Both the position numbers and the translations under genes were made by a program. The notes beneath the pieces were generated by a model. It was not told where the DNA came from, made no database searches, and was given only the letters and a program-made list of their open reading frames with translations. A stretch of 64,000 bases of DNA from Gracilinanus agilis (lineage: Eukaryota), in the NCBI RefSeq assembly GCF_016433145.1, contig NC_058133.1, forward strand, positions 74,878,155 to 74,942,154, written 5' to 3'. Below are positions 47,270 to 59,542 of the stretch, one piece after another (the stretch's first letter is position 1; each line of letters begins with the position of its first letter).

Positions 47270-47700
47270 ATTATATATCAAAGTACCATCAGATAGGTTC
47301 AGAACTGAATGTTCTGAGGAAGTAGTTAGTGTTTCAATGTCAACATGGCAGGAGGTCTCCAGGCAGGGGTATCAAGGATCAAGGATCTTTGCTTGGTCTG
47401 TGCTATTTAACATTTATCAGTGACTTGAGCAAAGATATAAATTGCATGTTCATCAGGGTGGCAGATGACACAAAACTGGGAGGGACAGTTAACATACTGG
47501 GTGACTACGTTGGGATCCAAAAGGCTAGAGCTTTTGGGTGGCTCTAATAAACCAAAATCAAATAGGGATAAATGTAAAATATTGCATTTGGTTGAAAAAT
47601 GAACATAAATACAAGACTAGAGAGACATGAATAAACAACATTTTTTAAAAAAAGATATGAAAGTTTTAATGAAATGCAAGTTGAATATGAATTAGTTGCT
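47270..47700 (+). mobile_element. L3/CR1 LINE RT fragment
   Basis: ORF 47329 contains FISDLSKDINCMFIRVADDTKLGGTVN, the CR1 FADDTKL motif. Confidence 0.88.
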
Positions 47701-48829
47701 GTGCTGGCTGATCTTACCGAATTCTTTTTCATTATTTGGACAAAAGGAAAGTGTATTGGAGGAGAATATCTGAAATAACTGTGACATAAAAATAAAAGAT
47801 ATCAACATAAGTGTTTTTAAATTCAAGAACAACAAAAAAATAAGAGATTTCCTTCATGGGTAGAGCAGCTAATAAAACTCCATGCCAATGAGACAATTGA
47901 TCTATCATTGATTAAATGCCTTATTACTGGATATGCTGGTGGTGAATTAAGTGTTTGGGGAAAATCTCAGAAAAGTCTGATTTCTGCACGCCTATGCTGT
48001 TCTGACCAGTTATTTTCTTATTAAATCCAAATACTATTTTTCTAATAAAAAAGAGGAGAATACATGCATGAGGAAATCCAGCAATCTGAGGGAGGAAATT
48101 TGGTGAAGAGCATTTAGATAAGATTGACAATGGGAGAAATAGAATTGATATTATCATGAAAGTATACTATAGACCATCTGGACAGAAGGAAGAATTAGAC
48201 AAGGAGTTTGGGGAACAAATCAAAACTTGACACAAAAGTGTGGTAGTATAATGACAGGGGACTTCAATTATCTGAGTGTCTGTTATCACTCTTTGCCAAA
48301 AAAAGAGTAGCTGATAAATGAGAGGCTTGTCTCAATGACAATTTTATCCTAGCAGAAATGGTAGAATTGACAAGGGCAGCTGATGTCCTAAATCTTATTC
48401 TGACTAACAAGGAAGAATGAGTTGCTAAAGTAAAAATTACAGGAATCTTGGGGACAAGCTATCACTTCATCAAGCTATCACAGAACTGGTCCTCAAGAGG
48501 GAAAGGAAAGTCAAACATTGGCTGATGGGCCTTCTGGATTTTGAGAATTATTTCAAAGGGTTCGATGAAAGAATGATAGGATGATAGACCAATATTCTGC
48601 AAAGGAAGTTGTCCCAAGAAGGGCAGAGGGAAGAAGGGAGAGAGACAATATGGATCATAAAAGTTTGGAAAACTTATGTGGAAATTTGTTATTAAAATAA
48701 AAAAAATTTTAAGTTGTCCCAAAAGGAATTGAAAGTTTTCAAGAAAGAAATTCAAAGATATGCTGAAATTATTCTAAGGAATAAAAGGAGTATGTGGTTA
48801 TAGAGAATTATGTGACTACACAAGGAACT

Positions 48830-49435
48830 CATATCTAGTGATACCAATGCTAAGTCTATACCTTAAAGTGATCAAAGAAAGAAGAAAAGGATCCATATGT
48901 GTAGAAATGTTTATAGCAATTCTTTTTGTAGTGGCAAAGAATCAAAAATCAACGGGGTGCCCACTAATTGGGAAATGACTGAACAAGTTATGATATGTGG
49001 ATATAATGGAATACTATTGTACTTTAAGAAACGATGAGGGGATAGTTTCAAAGAAACCTAGGAAGACTTGTGTGAACCAATGCAAAATAAAGAAACACCT
49101 GGGAGAACAATTTCTACAGTAGTGACAATATTATAAAGATGATCGTTTGAAAGACTTAGAAACTCTGATCAACACAGTGACCAACCATAATCACTAAAGA
49201 CTCCTTGATGAAACATCTCCAGAAAGAGAACTGATGGACTCAGAATACAGATGGAAGCATATTTTCTTCTTTTTCTTTCTTTTTTTTTTTTTGGACATGG
49301 CTAACACTAGACTTTTTTTTCATGATTATACATATTTGTAATGGATTTTTTTCTCTTGCCTTCTCAGTAGGTGAAGTAGGAGGAGGGAGAGGGAGGAAGG
49401 AGAGAATTCAGAATTGAAAATAAAATAAAATTGAG
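48830..49435 (+). mobile_element. L1 ORF2 end/3' UTR fragment
   Basis: gtagtggcaaagaatc...gggtgcccactaattgggaaatgactgaacaagttatg...gaatactattgt. Confidence 0.85.
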
Positions 49436-50437
49436 TTATTGGGGTAAAAAAACAGGGAACTCAGCAACCAACATTAAAAGAATGCTATAGAAGTAAGTAG
49501 CACAGACCTGCAAGAATAATTCGAGAAACATTAAAGGTAAAATCAAGCTAAGACTCTTGATGAATGTTAAAGATGAAAAAAAGCTTATGTGTTGAGGAGG
49601 GAAGTGTACCTAGTTATGTTGAGGGCAAGAAAAGGATCGAAACACGTTTACCTCTAATGATTAGGGTGGCTAGGTGATTAAAATGAATTATGGCAAAGAG
49701 ACCAAACCACTCATGTTTTTTTGCTAGCTTTTTATCTTCTGGGGAGAATGATCTTTGGGCAAAGAAGGAAAGAACAAAATGATTAACGGGGTAATGAAAG
49801 CAAAGATAGATGAAGAGATAGTAAGGGAGTGTTTATCTGAAAGAGTAACAGAGAGAGATTTCAGCTCTAGCTGTTGTCTCTTGTAAAAGTGACTTCAGCT
49901 TGCCAAAGTGTTTAGTCCTCAAATAGAAGACGAACTTGCCTGGGATATAGAGATTAAAGATGATATGACTGAAGAATGTCACAAAATGCAGGAGTCATCC
50001 ATATTTATGTTGACTGTATTACTGTGCCTAGATGTACTTAGTCCTAGGGTACAGAAAGGTAGTCATAGATACCGTTGCTAAGCCTGAGACAAAAAAAATC
50101 TGGAGAATGGCAAATGCCCCAGTTTTCAAAAGAGGAAGAGAGTGGAATCTGTAAACCATAGACCAATTAGTTTGATTTTTTTGTCCTGTCAAAATTCAAG
50201 GGCATATTTTTTAAAGGGGAGATTTGTGAGCATATAGAAAGGGAAGCAGTGATTCCCCCAAAGCCAGCATGATTTCATCAAGAACAAGTCATGCTAGACT
50301 AACCTCATTTCCCTTTTCTGATAAGGTTGGGAAACTAAGAGAATTCAGTAGCTCCAGTATAACTAGATTTCAGGGAAGCATTGGCCAAAGGCTCTCATAT
50401 TATCCTTACACACACAAATGAGACATATGGGCTAGAT

Positions 50438-50613
50438 CAAGGCTTCAAGTTGTTTCCATTTTTGCATGATGAGTGAGTTAAGAATGGTTTTTACATTTCT
50501 TAAAAATAAAGTTTTATTGTGTTTTAAAATATGAAACTGTGCTTAGCTTGGGACCCTGCAAAAAAAAAAAAAAAGATGGCCCAATCCTCCAGTGCTGGTT
50601 TGCTGACTCCTGG
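50438..50613. mobile_element. Old MER58-like hAT MITE
   Basis: Right TIR-like tttgctgactcctg; CTAG-containing flanks; interrupts L3. Confidence 0.5.
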
Positions 50614-50631
50614 ACTAGAGGGTGGTACAAT

Positions 50632-50868
50632 TAGGTGGCAGTTTGGTGGCTAAGTGAATGGAGTTCTGAGCTTGGAGTCAGGAAGATCTGGATTCAAATG
50701 CAGCTGTATGACCCTGGGCAAGTTGCAAGCCCATTTGCTTCAATTTCCTCCTCTGTAAAATGAGATGAAGAAGGACATCGTAAAACTACTCCAGTATCTT
50801 TGCCAAGAAAACCTCAAAGGGAGTCATGAGGAGTCCAACATGATTGAAAACAACTAAACAACAATAGC
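50632..50868 (+). mobile_element. MAR1-like CORE-RTE SINE
   Basis: ctactccagtatctttgccaagaaaacc...catgattgaaaacaactaaacaac. Confidence 0.85.
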
Positions 50869-52430
50869 AAACAATTAGGTGAAGTTGAACCCAATAAGTG
50901 GTCTATTTCAGGAGAGGGACTACAAAATTGAGGAAGGAAAAAATGTTAACCTGAATTTCAAAAAGGGGAAGAAAATAGAATTTGAAGAATGTAGGCCAAT
51001 GGGCTTGACTTTGATTCCTTGGGAAGTTTGGATAATTAAAGAGATGGTTGGGAAAAGGGAAGCTGTAATTACAAGGAGCTGACTTGACTTCATCAAGAAC
51101 AGGTCATGTCTGACTAACCTTATTTAATTTTTTAACATAGTTACCAAACAAAAGGATTGGGGAATGCTATAGATATATCTTACCTAGATTTTACCAAAGC
51201 CTTTGCTAAAGTATCTCATGCTATTCTTGTGGAGAAGATGGAGAGCTAGAGACGGGATGATATTAAAATTAGATTAAAACTTTATAAGATGGCCTGATTC
51301 AAAGCATTAACAGTTGTGTTGACAAGGAAGGCAGTTTTTAGTGGAATGTCCCAGGCATTTAACATTTAACATTTTTATCACTAATTCTGATGGAAAGATT
51401 TAAACAAGCTTTTCTTAATTCCAAGTTTAATGCTCCATGCTGCCTCTATTCCTGCCATACCATTTGAAAATTCAACAAATATATTTTGTATATTTCCATC
51501 AGAATTAGTGACTCCAGGCAGAGTCCAGACACAGATATTTATATTTGTTCTCTTCAATGGATCCATCATCTCATCGATATGGCTGCCCTCAATAATAAGT
51601 CTTTAAATGGGGGGGGCTGATGGCTACTTATTGAGTATGTTGCAGTCATGGCTTTCAGGTCTGGCTTGGATAGCCTTTGCACCTCCTTCCAACTCAGAGA
51701 ATCTGTGCTTCAGCGATTTAGGTGAGTTAGTGGCTTTGATGTCTCTCTGTTTACTTATTTATTGGACTTTATATATCTGTTTATATATCTGTCCTCCCAT
51801 GAGCTCTACCACAGGTATGGTTCTGGGTCTTGATTTCAATTTCAATGAATTCCATTCAGCCCAAGTTTGGTGAGTGCCTACTAGGTGCAAGGCACTGATC
51901 AAGGCATTTTGGTGGATGTAAGGAAGAAAAAATGAGAGTCCTTGCCTCAAGAAGCTAGCAATCTTAAAATCTGCCCAGTGCAGCCTAGCCTAACCTAGGG
52001 ATTGGTTTTATGGGAGGAAGGAAGGAAGCATTTAAGTGCCTACTATGTGCTAAGCACAGTGCTAAGGACTTTATAAATATTATTTCATTTGATCTTCACA
52101 ACAACCCTGTAGGTAGGCTCTATTATTATTCTCTGTTTTAAAGTTGCAGAAACTAAGGTACACAGAGTTTGTGACTTGCCCAAGGTCATCCAGTAAGTAT
52201 CTGAGATCAAATCTGAACTCAGGTCTTCCTAATTAATTCTAGGTCCAATATTCTCCCTACTGTGCCACCCTGCTGTCTTATAGCAATGAAAACTAATAAA
52301 GTGTGCCAACTAAGTAAAAAAAGTTTTTGAGGGCTCAGCCATCCTTCTAATTTCTAGGCTCACAACCTTCATCGCTCCTTTTTCAGTAATGTCTCCTTGA
52401 TCTATTTTTACTCACATGCCCAATTATCTA

Positions 52431-52670
52431 GGGGAGCTAGGCAGTGCAGTGGATAGAGCATCGGGCCTGAAATGGAGTCTTCCTGAGTTCAAATCTAGCT
52501 TCAGGGATTTTCTAGCTGGGCAACTCTAGCCAAGTCACTTAATTTCATTTGCCTCAGTTTCTTCATCTGTAAAATGAGCCAGGGAAGAAAATGGCAAACC
52601 ATTCTAATACCTTCACCAAGAAAACCCCAAATGGGGTCATGAAGAGTCAGACATGACTGAAAAACAACTA
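52431..52670 (+). mobile_element. MAR1-like CORE-RTE SINE
   Basis: aatggcaaaccattc...ccaagaaaaccccaaatggggtcatgaagagtcagacatgactgaaaaacaact. Confidence 0.88.
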
Positions 52671-52699
52671 AGCACCTAATCAGCTATCAAGTGGTATCT

Positions 52700-53500
52700 A
52701 GTAACCCTATTACAACTCTAGAATCTGTCCTCTTCTCTCTAGACACCTAGCTATACCCAAGTTGAGGCCCTCACCAGTCTCTCCTAGACTATGGCAAGAG
52801 CCTCCATATTGGCCTCCTGAACCCAAGCATCTCCCCACCATTCACATCGAGCTACCAAAGTGTGCAAATCTGACTATGCTACCCAATAAAACTACAGTCA
52901 TTTCCTCTTGCCCCTAGAATCAAAGCTAAACCTCTCTGGTATTTAAAACCCTGTATCACCTGGTTCAAATCGATCTTTCTAGGTTTATTGTACGTTACTA
53001 CCCTTTTCCCTCTTCATGCACCCTCTGGTCTAGAACAGAGGTATCAAACTCCCAAGTGCCTTCAAAATTCCTAAGGGCCCCAAACAGATTAAAATGTAAT
53101 TGGGAAACATACCAAAAAGAGAGAAAAATACAACATAGACAATGTTAAATTGTGGTTTCTGAATCAATATGCCCCCCATAGGGATCCGTTTCTATCTGAG
53201 TTTGAAACCACTGCTCTAGATAAACCGATCTTGATGCTTCTTATGCCCAGCATCCCATCTCCTGTCCCCAGGTCCTTGCACATCTCATCCCTGTAGCGCA
53301 CGTTTCCATTACCTCCACCTATGGGACTTTCTGGTTTCCTCTAAGGCTCAGCTATAGGGGGCCTTTTGTGATTCCTCCAGTTGTTAATACCCTCCCCCAG
53401 AAATTACCTTGTGTTTACTATATAGCCTTTTGCCTCTAACCTCTGTACTAGAATTATTTTTATATGTGCAAGTGTAGATGTGTAGATGTTGTTTCCTTGG
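52700..53500 (+). mobile_element. L2 LINE fragment interrupted by a MITE
   Basis: cctagactatggcaagagcctcc..ttggcctcctg and gccctagaatcaaagctaaacctc are L2 ORF2-type motifs. Confidence 0.7.
53036..53213. mobile_element. Old Charlie-type hAT MITE
   Basis: TIRs cagaggtatcaaactc / gagtttgaaaccactg; flanks gtctagaa / ctctagat. Confidence 0.8.
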
Positions 53501-53549
53501 ATAGAATGCATGAAAAAAACAGATACCATGCTTTCTCCAGAAGTATCAG

Positions 53550-54139
53550 GGAAATCTGGCTTCAGATACTTCTTAGCTGTGTGATCTTGGGCAAGTCATT
53601 TCATTCCAATTGCCTAGCCCAGTGATGGCGAACCTATGGCATGGGTGCCAAAGATGGCACACAGTGCACTCTCTGTGGACATGGGACCGCTCTCCCTGCC
53701 CCACCCAGAGTTCATTACTAGAACAGCAGAGGGACTTGAGTGGAGCTGCTCCATTCTCCCTCTCCATTGTGCCTGATGACATTTTTTCACATCCCCTGAC
53801 CCTCTGTCCAGCAGCCCAATGAAAGCACATGGAGGGGAAGGAGGCGGCAGAGCTGGAGGAGAGCAGAGTGCTTGTCCACTTCCCTCCCCCTCTCTATACT
53901 TGCTGAGGACATTCCTCACTTCATCTGCCCACTAACCCAATGGGAGTGCTTTTTCCTTCCCCTGTGTGGGGAAAGGCATGGCACTTGGTCTGGGGAGTGG
54001 GGTGGGGACAGGGCCTGGCACTCCATCTCCAAAAGTTTTGCCATCATTGACCTAGTACTTCCCACTCTTCTGCCTCTGAAGAGACACTTGGTAATCATTC
54101 TAAGACATGAAGGCAATGATTTAAAAAAAAAAAAAAAAG
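53550..54139 (+). mobile_element. 5'-truncated SINE1 copy interrupted by a hAT MITE
   Basis: cagatacttcttagctgtgtgatcttgggcaag...ccaattgcctag; tail resumes at 54050 and ends in poly-A. Confidence 0.8.
53620..54049 (+). mobile_element. hAT MITE, 430-bp long variant (CAGTGATGGCGAACCT TIR)
   Basis: Perfect left TIR cagtgatggcgaacct; right aagttttgccatcattg; flanks gcctagcc / acctagta. Confidence 0.9.
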
Positions 54140-55454
54140 AAGCACTGGGAATACAAGAAGAAAAGGCTGGCCTGCCTCTTCTCTGAAGAAGCCCACTCTC
54201 TAATTGGGAGAGGCAGTGTGTAAAAGGAAGTTCAGTCCCAAGGTGAATAAATAGAAAAACCAAGAAGTCCTAAGGGAGTGGTGATCAGTTGACAGAGGCT
54301 AGGTAGAGGTCTGCAGGGTATAGAGTAAGGGCAAATGAAGAGTCTTGAAGATCTTTCAGAGCTCAGGCAGGACGTTGGTAAGACCTCACCCAAAGGAATA
54401 GAATTGGTCACTTCCAATATGGGAATTCTGGACAGCCCTCATAGAGGAAGAGAAGGGAGAAGACAAGGAAGGAGGATGTGCGGGCAGGAATGGTTTTGTT
54501 TTTATCTTCATATATCTAGTACATGGCACATAGTAGGTGCTTAATAAATGCTTGTTGAGTCACTGATTGATTGATGTGGGATTCTAATAACATGGAACAA
54601 ACCCAATAAAGGAAGCAGCAGAAGCTGGGAATTCTCTGCAGCAAAGGGGTTGAAACCAATCAGCCAAAGTGGGTTTGAAAGGAGCAGAAGCACAAGGACA
54701 AGTCCTTGTAACTTAGTCAAATGGCTCCAAATGCCAGGCAACAGCAGGGGCCAGGAGCGGAGATGAACACCGGAATCCTTGGCCAAAGCAGTAAATCAGC
54801 AAGGCAGGAAATGAGGAAGGTTGTGAGCTGGTGCCAGCTGGAGTTGTCTCAAAGTGCTCAGGGCAATTGCTTGTGCTCAATTCCTTAGGAACCTCTGCAG
54901 CCTCGTGAGTTAAAGGCAGCAGGGTGTAGTGGAAGGAACACTGGCTCAGATACTTCCCTGCTGTGTGCCCTTGGGCAAGTGATTTAGCCACTCTTAGTCT
55001 TAGTTTCTTTTGCTGTAAAATGGGGATAATAAATTTCACTTGAACTAATTATGTCCTCAGATATAAGCCTTACATTACTATATAAATGAATACTGTTAAT
55101 ACCAGGACATTGGGGGTTGACTTAAGCTCCCTGACCGGTGGGTCTCCCCATCAATCTCTTCTTCCCTCTAACAGAATAGCATCTGTTAGGATTGTGCTAA
55201 AGTCAGTGGTACTTGACAGCCACTAACATTAGAGAAAAAAATATGTATAGATGAAAGGTTTTCAAATCCTGCACACCAGAGAACCATGTTAATATTTCCT
55301 ATAAAATGTCTCATCTATGAAGTAGGGAAGCCTTTGATTTCTCCCAGCCTCCTTCATGAGTCATCAGGGATTGGTGAGACATCATGGTGGAGTATACAGA
55401 GTGTTAGACTGTAGCAGACAGGAAGATTGGGATTTAATCCTACCTTCTTGTTGT

Positions 55455-55665
55455 CGTTTGGTTGTTTTCACTTGGGTTGACTTTCCTTGATCACATTTGG
55501 GGCTTTCTTGGCAAAGACACCAAAGTGCTTTGCCATTTCCTTCTTCAACTAATTTTACAGATGAGGAAACTGAGACAAACAAACTTGCCTGGATTTGAAC
55601 TCAGGAAGATGAGTCTTTCTGACTCCTGGCCCAGCATTTTATCAACTGTGCCACCCAGCTGCCCA
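55455..55665 (-). mobile_element. MAR1-like CORE-RTE SINE
   Basis: tttggggctttcttggcaaagacacc...gtgccacccagctgccc. Confidence 0.85.
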
Positions 55666-55823
55666 ATCCTACCTTAGACACTTAATAATAATAATAATAA
55701 TACATATAGCATTTATAGGTTTGGTATAATGTACCTTAAGGTTTGAAAAGTACTTCACATGGATCTCATTTGATCCTCAGAACAAGTAGATGCTACTATT
55801 ACCCACATTTAAAAGGTGGGTAA

Positions 55824-56005
55824 GGGGCAGCTGGGTAGCTCAGTGGAGTGAGAGTCAGGCCTAGAGACAGGAGGTCCTAGGTTCAAACCCGGCCTCAGCC
55901 ACTTCCCAGCTGTGTGACCCTGGGCAAGTCACTTGACCCCCATTGCCCACCCTTACCAATCTTCCACCTATGAGACAATACACCAAAGTACAAGGGTTTA
56001 AAAAA
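55824..56005 (+). mobile_element. Very young opossum SINE1 copy
   Basis: Near-identical to the youngest subfamily (cctatgagacaatacacc.aagtacaagggttt); TSD aaaaggtg(g/a)gtaa. Confidence 0.95.
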
Positions 56006-56319
56006 AAAAGGTGAGTAAACTGAGAGGTGAAATAACTTGCCTTGGTTCACACAACTAGTTATTGCAGGTGGCAGGATTCAAATTCCATTCTTTCTGACTC
56101 CAGATTTAATTTTCAATGCACCGTGCCATCTTGCCTATCTTACAAAGCAAGGGGGCAGATCACGTAACCTCTTAGCCTCAGCTTACTTATCTAAAAATTG
56201 GGAATAATAAATACTTGCAATACTCCTCTCATAGAGTCATTACAAGGTTCAAATGTGCTTCGCAGCCTTTACAGGGCTACAGCAAGGTCAGTTCCAATCA
56301 GAAGTGTGCTGTTTACAGA

Positions 56320-56645
56320 GGGCCAGTTACTGAATTTCCGTATTAGCATTGACAAATCGGAAATCATCACATGCCACAAATCAAGACCTGATTTTATTGT
56401 TTTATTTACCAACAAAACTAAGAAAATGTTGGAGAAAATGTTAATAATGCAGATTAAATTTAAAAGTGTGCCGTAGAGACAGAACTAATTGTTATGTTTT
56501 CAGGGTGAATATTTGAATATCAGAAACTAGCAAATGTTACAAATTGGGACTTGGTTGATTACCTATCTTTTTGTTAATTATAGAGACTTAAGAAAGCAAC
56601 AGAGAAAAAATTAATAATGCAGGTTAAATTTCAAAGTGTGTCCTA
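56320..56645. mobile_element. Two tandem copies of the ancient DNA-transposon-like repeat also seen at 24340-24540
   Basis: aaaatgttaataatgcagattaaatttaaaagtgtg near 56435-56470 and again near 56605-56640. Confidence 0.55.
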
Positions 56646-56860
56646 CACATACATCCCTGGTTATGATTATATATAGTGGATTGGCTTGATATCATGGAAT
56701 ATGCATTGATGTGGAGCCAGAGTTCATGTCCTTCCACTGAAGTGAGCTAGGGCAAAACACTTAATCTTCTGAGGCCTCAGTTACCCCAACTTTAAAAGGA
56801 AGGATCTGGACGAGATGACCTGTGAGGTCTCTTCCCATTTTAGAGTTGGGATGCTATAGG

Positions 56861-57045
56861 CTCATGTTGGCAAACCCTTCCCGCTCTCCATGTATGCCAA
56901 GCACATTTCTCACATCACCAGCCGCTCTGCCCAGCAGCCCAGTGGGAGCACTTGCTCCCTCCCCAGTCTAGGGTAAGGGGGCAGCTCACATGTGGTGTGA
57001 GGGTGCAATTTGGGCACTCAGTCTCTAAAAGGTTCACCATCACTG
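56861..57045 (+). mobile_element. Short, diverged hAT MITE of the CAGTGATGG family
   Basis: Right TIR aaaggttcaccatcactg; internal gcccagcagcccagtgggagcac shared with other copies. Confidence 0.8.
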
Positions 57046-58172
57046 CTATCAGTCTATTATATGGTATTTCAAAGGAGACCATCAAGTTGATAGAAACCAG
57101 GTCTTTTATTTATTATAACTGGAGACACGGATTTTTCCCAAGATCTTTCTCCCCCTGCCCGTTTTCCTAGCATGGGGGTGGAAAGGAGGATCCCTTAATG
57201 TCAGACAGCCTGGCTCCTGGGAAGGAATTTTAGGGGACTCATGGCAAGTGGCCACACACAAAGCCATAACCTTTTTGCTGAAACTGCCCTTGTGGACACC
57301 AGGCCATTTTTCTTGAGAAGGCTGTGAGCAAGACTAATTCATTAAGTGCTCTCAGGACCTGAAGATAGCACGAGCCAGGAAAGCATAAAGTCTTGTTACT
57401 AGGACAGCTGGTAGCCTTGATGTCTGTTTGCTTATTTATTAATTGAACTTTATGTATCCGTCTTCCCTTGAGTTTAAAAAGCTCTTCAGAGGATTTTGAG
57501 ACAGAAAATCTTCTCCAAATGTTATAAGCTCTCTGGAAGAGGACATGCAGTCATAAGTCAAAAGGTAGGGGGAATTGGGGAGCAGAGAAGGGAGCCGGAG
57601 AAGGAAGCGAAGGAGAGCCAAAAGAAAGTAGAAATAGAACCATTAAGGCTGGGCCCATTCTGGCATTTTTATAGGCTGAGCAAGTCTTTTTCTGATTCAG
57701 GAGTTGCTGGGGGCCATTGTTGGGAAAGGATTAGTCACTTAGCTTAATTTTTGCAGTGAATACCAATGCCATGGAAATTTGCACTTGCTGATGTGCCCCA
57801 TTTTAAGAAAGCCTGATACATCAGAACTTGAATGTACAAAAGCATGTTCCCATCAGGAGATGACTTTTCACATTTAAGAAAATATTCTATTCCATCCCCC
57901 CAAGAATATTTGCTCATGAGGTTTTTTTTAGTTTTATTAATGGCTTTTGTTTTACCAATGAATAGTCATTTTCTGATTTGGTACTCCTCATCCTCTCACC
58001 CTCCTCTCCTGTAGCAAAGGTTGGGGGAAGGGGATGGATGTTCCAACAGCCTGGTCTTCTAGAGGGTCTTTAGATGGACAGTTTCCTTCCTTCTAGTCTT
58101 AAGGTTGTAGGAAACCTTTCTACACCTCCATATTATAAACCATGTCGAAACATTGTCTCATTTTCCATGTTT

Positions 58173-58377
58173 GTTTTTTTTAAACACTAACTGTCTGTCT
58201 TAGAATCAATACTAAATATCGATTCCAAGGCAGAAGAATGGTAAGGACTAGGCAATTGGGGTTAAGTGATTTGTCCAGGATCACACAGCTAGGAAGTGCC
58301 TGAGGTTACATTTGAACCCAGATCCTCTTAACTCCAGACCTGGCACTCTATCCACAGAGACACCTAGTTGTCCCATC
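58173..58377 (-). mobile_element. Opossum SINE1 copy
   Basis: TSD ttccatgttt at 58163-58172 and 58378-58387. Confidence 0.9.
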
Positions 58378-58652
58378 TTCCATGTTTCTTTTCCAAGTCA
58401 TTCCACAGATCCTCTCTAGAGTTCCTATTCAATAAGATGGAAGCCTTCCACTGGTCCCTTTTATATATTTCTTAAGTATCAGTATAATGTTGGGGATGCC
58501 CATCTTTTATTCTTCGTTTGTCATATGACCACAGCATCTTTTCCTTTTTCCTTGAGAAACATTTATTTTAAGTTTCTTCAATGTGTAAGACACTGGTTTG
58601 GTCCTGCAGATACAAAGACTAAACAATCCCTCTTCTCGAGAAGTTTACATTT

Positions 58653-58860
58653 GGGGACAGCTGGGTGGCTCAGAAGATTGAGAGCCAGTCCTAGAGATGG
58701 GAGGTCCTGGGTTCAAATCCAGCCTCAGACACTTCCTAGATATGTGACCCTGGGCAAGTCATTTAACCTCCCATTACCTAGCCCTTACCATTCTTCTGCC
58801 TTAGAACTACTACTTAGTATTGATTCTAAGAAGGAAGGTAAGAATTAGAAAAAAAAAAGA
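58653..58860 (+). mobile_element. Opossum SINE1 copy
   Basis: Head ggggacagctgggtggctcag; flanking agtttacatt repeats. Confidence 0.9.
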
Positions 58861-59345
58861 AGTAGTTTACATTCTTGTGAGGGTACAGGGAAGGGCAAGG
58901 GAAAGATACTACATGTATATATTTAAGTAAATAGAAAGTAATTTCTTTTTAACCTTTAGACTATGACTTCTTTGAGAGCAAGGACTATCTTTTTTACTTT
59001 CTTTGCATCCCCAGTGTTTAGCGCAGTGACTGACACATAGTAGGCACTTAAATGCCCCTTAACTTGACCTAATACCTTTTATTTTTACAACACAGTCATA
59101 CAGACTCTGCCCTCCTCACACATACCCCTCTCCACTCACCAGTTGAATCTTTCCTTGTGACATGGAAAAGCAATTAAGCTACAACTGATTTACTGACTAT
59201 GTATGACAATGTAAGCAATATTCTGCCCTATAATTGTGTCCTCCCTTCCCTTCCACATCTGTGCCAAAGGAAAGATGATATATTTCTGTTCTTTGGACCA
59301 TCATTCATTTTTCAATTATTCAGAATTTGGCTTCCTTTTGGTGAT

Positions 59346-59542
59346 TTTTTTGAAACCCTTATTTTCTGTCTTAGGATCAATAGGAAGTATTGTTTCCAAG
59401 ATAGAAGAGTGGTGAAGGCTAGGCAATGGGGGTTAAGTGACTTACCCAAGGTCACACAGCTAGGAAGTGTCTGAGGCCAGATTTAAACACAGCATCTCCC
59501 ATCTCCAGGCCTGGCTCTCTATCCCTTGAACCATTTAGGGGC
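59346..59542 (-). mobile_element. Opossum SINE1 copy inside an old L1 3' end
   Basis: ttccaagatagaagagtggtgaaggctaggcaatgggggttaagtgac. Confidence 0.88.

Larger units (their letters stand above)
48170..51400 (+). mobile_element. Fragmented L3/CR1 ORF2, interrupted by L1, MITE and MAR1 insertions
   Basis: ORF 50879 NVNLNFKKGKKIEFEECRPMGLTLIP resembles CR1 NVTPIFKKG..NYRPVSLT; further pieces at about 48200-48600, 49450-49720, 50080-50430. Confidence 0.72.
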
